A stretch of DNA of 64,000 nucleotides from Malacoraja senta (taxonomy: Eukaryota), in the NCBI GenBank assembly GCA_038087875.1, contig CM075997.1, positions 2,978,001 to 3,042,000 on the forward strand, given 5' to 3'. Positions 61,093 through 64,000 of this stretch are shown here, piece after piece; the stretch's first letter is position 1, and each line of letters begins with the position of its first letter. The notes under the pieces were generated by a model. It saw nothing but the letters and a program-made list of their open reading frames with translations, made no database searches and was not told the DNA's origin. A program made the position numbers and the translations under genes.

Positions 61093-62083
61093 TTAGGAAA
61101 CCTCATCTAAAATGAGATTGAGACTAGGTCATCTAACAAGATTGGACCTCAACCAGAATACTGTCAGATTTGGAGGAAATATCTCTGATGAGAGAGATAT
61201 TTCTGACATTCAAGCCGAGGTACCCGACTTCTGAGGTGGCAGATGGATTTATGATGGCTTGCCTCATTTCTACTATCGCCGGTACCAATATCCCAAATTG
61301 CGTTAAGTGATTCCCAAATCTAGACAGTATATCTCATTCAGGTTCACCGAATAATGAGCAGCTAATGTACATACAGTGATACCATTCAAGCAAGAATATG
61401 TAAACAATATATACAATGCAGTGACTGTCTCGGTGTGTTTCTGCGATTTACAATCTGATCACCTTTTACACAAGTGCTACCCAGATGGGGAAACTAATCG
61501 TAAGATGCAAGAAATCTGCAGGAGTAAAGTCACTGCATGGTATATATTATACAAACAATAACAAAACAGCAAGGGAGTATAGATCAGTTGCATGAACCAT
61601 GCCACTGGAGAGTATGACGCCTTGCAGCTTCAATTGTTCTGTAAGAATTTTGTGGCACAAATTTATGAAAACAAGTAGGCACAAGCCTGAAGAATAGCAA
61701 AACGATAACACTCCAAAACATCATCTCAAAAAGCTAGTTAGCGCATTAATATTACCATCCAAAATTAAAAACAGCTGCATATTCCCAACTTCACATCCCA
61801 CACAGTCAGCTATTTCAGCACAGAGTCCATAACTCGATAAAAGGATTTGTTCTTTCCCGTTTTGCAGCCAGCGCGTTAACTAGAGAATCAGTCCCTCGAA
61901 GCACTGCAGCAACATAACCACGAAGCCAACGCCTGATTATATTGTATGTAGGAAGGAACTACAAATGCTTGTTTCAATCAAAGATAGACACAAAAAGCTG
62001 GAGTAACTCAGCGGGTCAGGCAGATTCTGAACAGACTCTGCAGAAAAGGAATAGGTGACATTTCGGGTCTCAACCCTGATTCA

Positions 62084-62416
62084 AGGGCCTGTCCCACTGT
62101 ACGAGGTAATTCAAGAGTTCTCCCGAGTTCTCCCCTGATTTGAGTTCGGGTAATGTACGTAGTGGGTACGTAGCGGCTCATACGAGTAAAAAGTAAAACA
62201 AATTTCATCACAAGTATTTTTTTACTCGTGGCCATTTTTCAGTGTTGAAAAAACGTCACGAGTTTACCGGATTTCCCGAGGACCTACTATTACTCGTACG
62301 AGCCGCTACGTGACATCCACGAGCTCCTACGTACCTGCTACGTACATTACAAAAGCTCAAATCAGGGGAGAACTGGGGAGAACTCTTGAATTACCTTGTA
62401 CAGTGGGACAGGCGCT
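62084..62416. mobile_element. Harbinger-type MITE, GTACGAG subfamily, inside a Penelope-terminus element
   Basis: TIRs as above; exact TCA TSD (62081-62083 / 62417-62419). Confidence 0.87.
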
Positions 62417-63161
62417 TCAGTCTGAAGAAGGATCTCGACTCGAAACATCACCTATTCCTTTTCTCCAGAGATGCTGCCTGACCTGCTGAGATACTCCAGC
62501 TTTTTGTGTCTAGCCTGATTATATCATTCAACCAGGCCCTCTCCTTTCCACATCCATACATGACTGTTCCACTGCAACCGAATAACCATCCGACCTTCTG
62601 CGCTCGTGAAAAGATGTACAAAGCTTTTCCTCTTAATGTGGTGAACGCTCTTACTGTGACATGGCGTCCAAAAGCAAACTTTACCTGACAAATCAGAATA
62701 AGAACTTTAATGCTGTTCCCAAGGTGCAAGAGACCATGCCTACTATTTCACTTCAGCATCTACATCCAAGTCCCTGCATGAAAGAAATGGCACTGCAGCC
62801 CACACATTACACTTGTTCTCTCTGCCCTTCCATGCCTCAAACAGAAGTAGCACAGTAAAATCCACCTGGAAAGGTGGAAAATGGGAAATAAACTGAGTCC
62901 ACCTCAAGTGACTCAAGTAAAGATTTTCACTGTACCTCGGAACACGTGATAATAAATCAAACTAAGTGCAATGATGCCTAGAATTTAGCAAGGAGGTACA
63001 AATTTAGAGTTTCTGAGCAACAGAAATGCCAGCCGAAGACTCACTCAACCCTGGAACAAAGAGAGATCCTATTCCCAGACCAAAATCGTGCTCAGTGCAC
63101 AAACAATTAAATGAGTAAGCAATCCTGCATCTTTTGGGGCTTTGGTTCAGAAACTGATCTA

Positions 63162-64000
63162 CAGTGCATTCAGAAAGTATTCAGACCCCTTCACTTTTTT
63201 CCACATTTTGTTACGCTACAGCCTTATTCTAAAATGGATTTAATTTTTTTTTATTATTATCAATCTACACACAATACCCCATAACAAAAAAGCGAAAACA
63301 GGTGTTTAGAAATTTTTGCAAAGTAATTAAAAAGAAATAACTGAAATATCACATTGACATAAGTATTCAGACCCCTTACTCAGTACTTTGTTGAGGCACC
63401 TTTGGCAGCGATTACAGCCTCAAGTCTTCTTGGGTTTGACGCTACAAGCTTGGCACACCTGAATTTAGGTAACTCTCCCATTCTTCTTTGCAGATCCTCT
63501 CAAGCTCTGCAGGTTGGATGGGGAGTGTCAATGCAGTTATTTTCAGGTCCCGCCAGAGATGTTTGATCGGGTTCAAGTCCGGGCTCTGGCTAGGCCATTC
63601 AAGGACATTCACAGACTTGTCACAAAGCCACTCCTGCGTTGTCTTGGCTGTGTGCTTAGGGTCATTGTCCTGTTGGAAGGTGAACCTCTCCCCCAGTCTG
63701 AGGTCCAGAATGCTCTGGAGCAGGTTTTCATCAAGGATCTCTCTGTACTTTGCTCCGTTTATGTTTCCCTTGATTCTGACTAATCTCCCAGTTCATGCCA
63801 CTGAAAAACATCCCCACAGCATGATGCTGCCACCACCATGCTTCACCGTGATGAGCAGTGCCTGGTTTCCTCAAGACGTGACACTTAGCATTCAGGCCAA
63901 AGAGTTCAATCTTGGTTTCATCAGACCAGAGAATCTTGTTTCTCATGGTCTGAGAGTCCTTTAGGTGTCGTTTGGCAAACTCCAAGTGGGCTATCATGTG
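63162..64000 (-). mobile_element. Second Tc1-family transposon, defective, runs off the window
   Basis: TA|CAGTGCATTCAGAAAGTATTCAGACCCC terminus; inner repeat AAGTATTCAGACCCC again at 63361; ILWSDETKIELFG and SPDLNPI motifs on minus. Confidence 0.92.

Overview
Repeat-rich vertebrate genomic DNA, most likely a cartilaginous fish (skate/ray-like). This is inferred from HE1/V-SINE-type SINEs, CR1, Rex1, L1 and Penelope fragments, Tc1, hAT and Harbinger-type elements. The window is three contigs joined by two 200-N gaps. Supported host genes are the first coding exon of an RTN2-like gene (minus, 1155-1185) and the last three coding exons plus 3' UTR of an MTA1-like NuRD subunit gene (minus, 57315 to ~47945). 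Almost all ORFs in the track are repeat or low-complexity noise. The main finding is two unrelated families of very short (~135-160 nt) non-coding retroposons whose 5' part folds as an HDV/CPEB3-like self-cleaving ribozyme. In one copy of each family, ribozyme G1 sits directly against the target-site duplication, suggesting 'ribozyme-headed SINEs'. A third, very abundant short element derived from Penelope termini carries a minimal hammerhead-like motif. All folds were done by eye, and no activity or database novelty has been verified.
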